DNA of 64,000 nt. Source: Anthoceros angustus (taxonomy: Eukaryota > Plantae > Anthocerotophyta). Shown piece by piece: positions 61,241-64,000 of this stretch. The notes below the pieces were generated by a model. That model did no database searches. It was not told the DNA's origin and saw nothing but the letters and a program-made list of their open reading frames with translations. The stretch spans positions 51,982 through 115,981 of the forward strand of contig VJWM01000297.1 in the NCBI GenBank assembly GCA_010909165.1. The letters run 5' to 3'. How positions within the stretch are numbered: the stretch's first letter is position 1; every line of letters starts with the position of its first letter. The position numbers and the translations under genes are program-made.

Positions 61241-62054
61241 TTACACAAAATTAGAAATTTGGAGTGCATATAGGCGGCATTGTGAACAAAGAGGTCAGCG
61301 ATACATGACCTACGCCTGGTTCTTGAAGCTATGGAAAGGGCACTTCAGCAGGTAAAGATTCCAAAGTCTAACGATTCTCTACTTGCTTTCGCTTCTGCTT
61401 ATTGGATTGAAAACAACTATCACGAAATACAATCTCAAAGGTTGATCAAGGTAAGTTACATTGTTTTCCTTATCCCTTGTTTTCCAGCATACAGAGGGTG
61501 GTTGACCCTGTGGGCCAAACCCTCAATGGCAGTGTTATATCTAGTATGTCAATGTGCCCCCCCGCTTCTGGGGACAGGTCCCCAAGTGGGCGCCGGCTGA
61601 CCGGCGCCCACCAAATGTCTCTGACCATAGGTCCATAGCATTATCTAAGGAGGGTTCCCCTGGTCATGAGGGCGCCGGTCGGCCGGCGCCCTGTTCGGGT
61701 AACCCATGCATGTGCCTATCACATTGCTTGGGCCCGGCATCTTAGAAGGCACCGCTATACCATGTCGACCTTGCGGGAATGAGGTCGGTCGCAGGCGCCG
61801 GTGGGCACAACCCCCAACGCCAGCTTGACCGACCTTCCGGGCTTGAAATGCGACAAATGTGTTCCACCCATTATATCCTTTAAGGTCGGTCGTAGGGTGG
61901 AGGGTGAGGAAGGTGAAGTTAGCGGTGTCCATGACATACATTGCCACATCTCGGAGGTGATCTTGGCAACGTTGATTCAACATCATACTATGTTTTTATC
62001 TTGTAAGTTGTCAACTTTAAAGGGACTCACATACTATGGTGTGAATATGTTATG

Positions 62055-62520
62055 TGCAGAGAAATATCAAACAGATTGGGCCGCCCACCACGGCGACTTT
62101 TAGCAGAGCGTGCGAAGATGACAAAACACCGGAGCAAGAGTTATGTTGAACCACATAAGTATATGCTACTATGTATCGATGGCATGGACGAGAAGACAGA
62201 GCTACACATGTTGAGGTGGCCCAAAAACCTAGGCGAGGAATGTCATTTCGTTCACGTGGTGGTGCATGATCCACAACTACACCCACAAAGCCACGGCGTT
62301 TTTACTCGCCAACCTCTGATGCCAATTTGACTATCGGCGTGATTCAAGATGTCATCCACAACTATGATGGTGTGCTGCCCAAAGTTTTGTATTTGCAACT
62401 TGACAATACATGTCGGAGAACAAGAATCAGCTATTGTTTGCATATCCCGAACATGCTCGTTGATATGGCACGTTCGAAAAAGTGAAGGTGGGATTCCTCT
62501 TGGTTGGTCATCATGGAAGA
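62055..62520 (+). pseudogene. Second, more decayed copy of the Sola-like transposase
   Basis: AERAKMTKHRSKSYVEPHKYMLLCIDGMD; GVLPKVLYLQLDN; KKVKVGFLLVGH; colinear with 21554-22030. Confidence 0.8.
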
Positions 62521-62559
62521 CCACATGTGCACTAACCCCGCCTCCCAAGTGTCAGGATG

Positions 62560-63200
62560 GTGATTTTTTTTGTTTTGGATGTGTTAGAATAGCAAAGTGC
62601 TTTGAGAATCGTCTGAGTCGTCTTTTTACGGAATGGTCCTTGGCCCTTGGAGATAATAATAATTTTTCGATCCTTAGGTTTGACCTGGAGGGTAGAGTCC
62701 TTGGGTATTGGGAATTTTAGAATAAAAGGTGTCTATATATGCTAGGGATGCTCACAATATGCAGCTTGAGTAGTCAAGTAGGGGGAGGTGGCTAGTTCCA
62801 CCACGGTGGAGAACGGAGCACAGACTGGGGGTTTACAACCCTAGTGGCGGGAGGGGCTGCAGTCGGTCGGGCGCAGCGAGAGAAGGCACCCGGCAGCAGT
62901 CGCGACTTTCCAGGGAGGGGCCGTCGGGCCGGGCTGCGGCAAGAAAGGAAGCGACCCTTCCTTGAGGCCAAATCTACATCTCGCTTGCGGAGGAAGGCGC
63001 AGCGGTCGAGGAGCAGGCGGGCGGAGGAGAGAGAAATCAGGCGCCGCAACGTCCGCGGGAAGGCGCGAGGGAACTCAGGCAGTGAGTGAGGTGGAGGTTG
63101 TGGGGAAAATCGCTCGGATCGGGCGAGGCCGAGGCGAGAGGGTCCCCATGGGCCGTGGGCGGGCGGCTCGCGGAGGCGGCGGCGCTGATTTTAGAGTCGC
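62560..63200 (+). mobile_element. Inverted homolog of the ORF-A promoter and 5' region (20.7-21.3 kb)
   Basis: Reverse complement contains CCAAGGGCCAAGGAC, TATATAGACACCTTTTATTCTAAAA, GGAACTAGC.ACCTCCCC and AAAACAAAAAAAA as at 21.07-21.33 kb. Confidence 0.7.
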
Positions 63201-63399
63201 GATAGCCTAGGACCGGGGTTTCCTTTTGAGAGGATAGGGAGTTCCATCAGGTCTTAGATTGGTAAGGCGCTCGTGGTAGGAGCTACAATTTTAGACACTA
63301 GAAGTGAGGCATGTTGGACCACACGGATGTATAAGAGACCCTTTGGGTGTCTCTCAAGAGACGATTTCGGTGTGAACTTCCGTGTATCGAACTCGTGTG

Positions 63400-64000
63400 G
63401 GGTTGATTGGACCTGATCGTCGACGACTCCGCCAGCATGCGCTGCCGACGTTTCACCGACCCGACTGGACGCGGCGAAGAAACTAGCGCTCGGCGCCGTC
63501 GCCGGCCTTCGCTCGCACGACGAGATGGCGGTCGTCGCCGCCGGACGCAGCCGCGCGTCGTCTGCGGACTCACCGGGCGGACGCTGAGCGAAGCGATCCG
63601 CGGCATCGAACCGACCGACGGCGTCACCGCCGTTCCGCAAGCGATCTCGATGGCGAAACGTCTATTAGGCGATGCGCCGCATGGCGAGGTCGTGGTCCTC
63701 ACGGACGGTCGCTTCGCGGGAGCGGAAAAACTCGCCGAAGATCCGAAGGTCGACCTGCGCGTGGTGGGAACGTCCGCTGCGAACGCCGCGATCACGCGCT
63801 TCCAGGTGCGGCGAAGCTTGGCCGATCCGTCGGCTACGTTGCGCTGGTCGAGGCGTCGAACTTCTCGGACGAGTCGGTCGAGCGGCGGCTGGAGATCGAC
63901 CTCGACGACTCCCCGTCGACGTCTTTCCGCTGAAGCTCGCGCCGGGAGACCTGGTCGAGAACGATCGAGAAGGTCTCCGTGGACGGCGGAAAGCTGATCG
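63400..64000 (+). pseudogene. Bacterial (Planctomycete-like) vWA/BatA-type gene fragment with frameshifts
   Basis: MIDAS LIVDDSASM, then ADVSPTRLDAAKK, DEMAVVAAG, VVLTDG, AITRFQVRRSLADP, EIDLDDSPVDVFPLKL across frames; abrupt change to bacterial GC/codon style. Confidence 0.8.

Overview
Plant nuclear DNA, most likely from a non-seed land plant. A hornwort or fern is inferred from the WW-type PPR editing factor, an LRL bHLH and short introns. Clean host genes: an organellar cysteine synthase (5' part), shugoshin, an F-box protein, a thioredoxin-fold protein, LRL bHLH and a 1026-aa PLS-class PPR. They flank two transposon-dense blocks (~5.9-28.6 kb and ~46.5-63.3 kb). These blocks hold Ty3/gypsy and Ty1/copia remnants, two LTR-like families, an integrase-PHD fusion followed by orphan ORFs, and coiled-coil ORFs ending in 33-bp hairpin arrays. 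They also hold two copies of an RNase H-fold (Sola-like) transposase. The most striking element is a frameshifted ParB + beta-class N4/N6 DNA methyltransferase gene (49.1-52.6 kb). Its upstream promoter-like segment is homologous to the one that sits in front of the transposase, suggesting a multi-gene DNA transposon carrying a DNA-methylation module. The last ~600 bp resemble a Planctomycete vWA gene (HGT or chimeric assembly). Repeat regions show near-identical duplications with small indels, so some frameshifts and duplications may be assembly noise. All family assignments come from motif recognition by eye; no searches were run.
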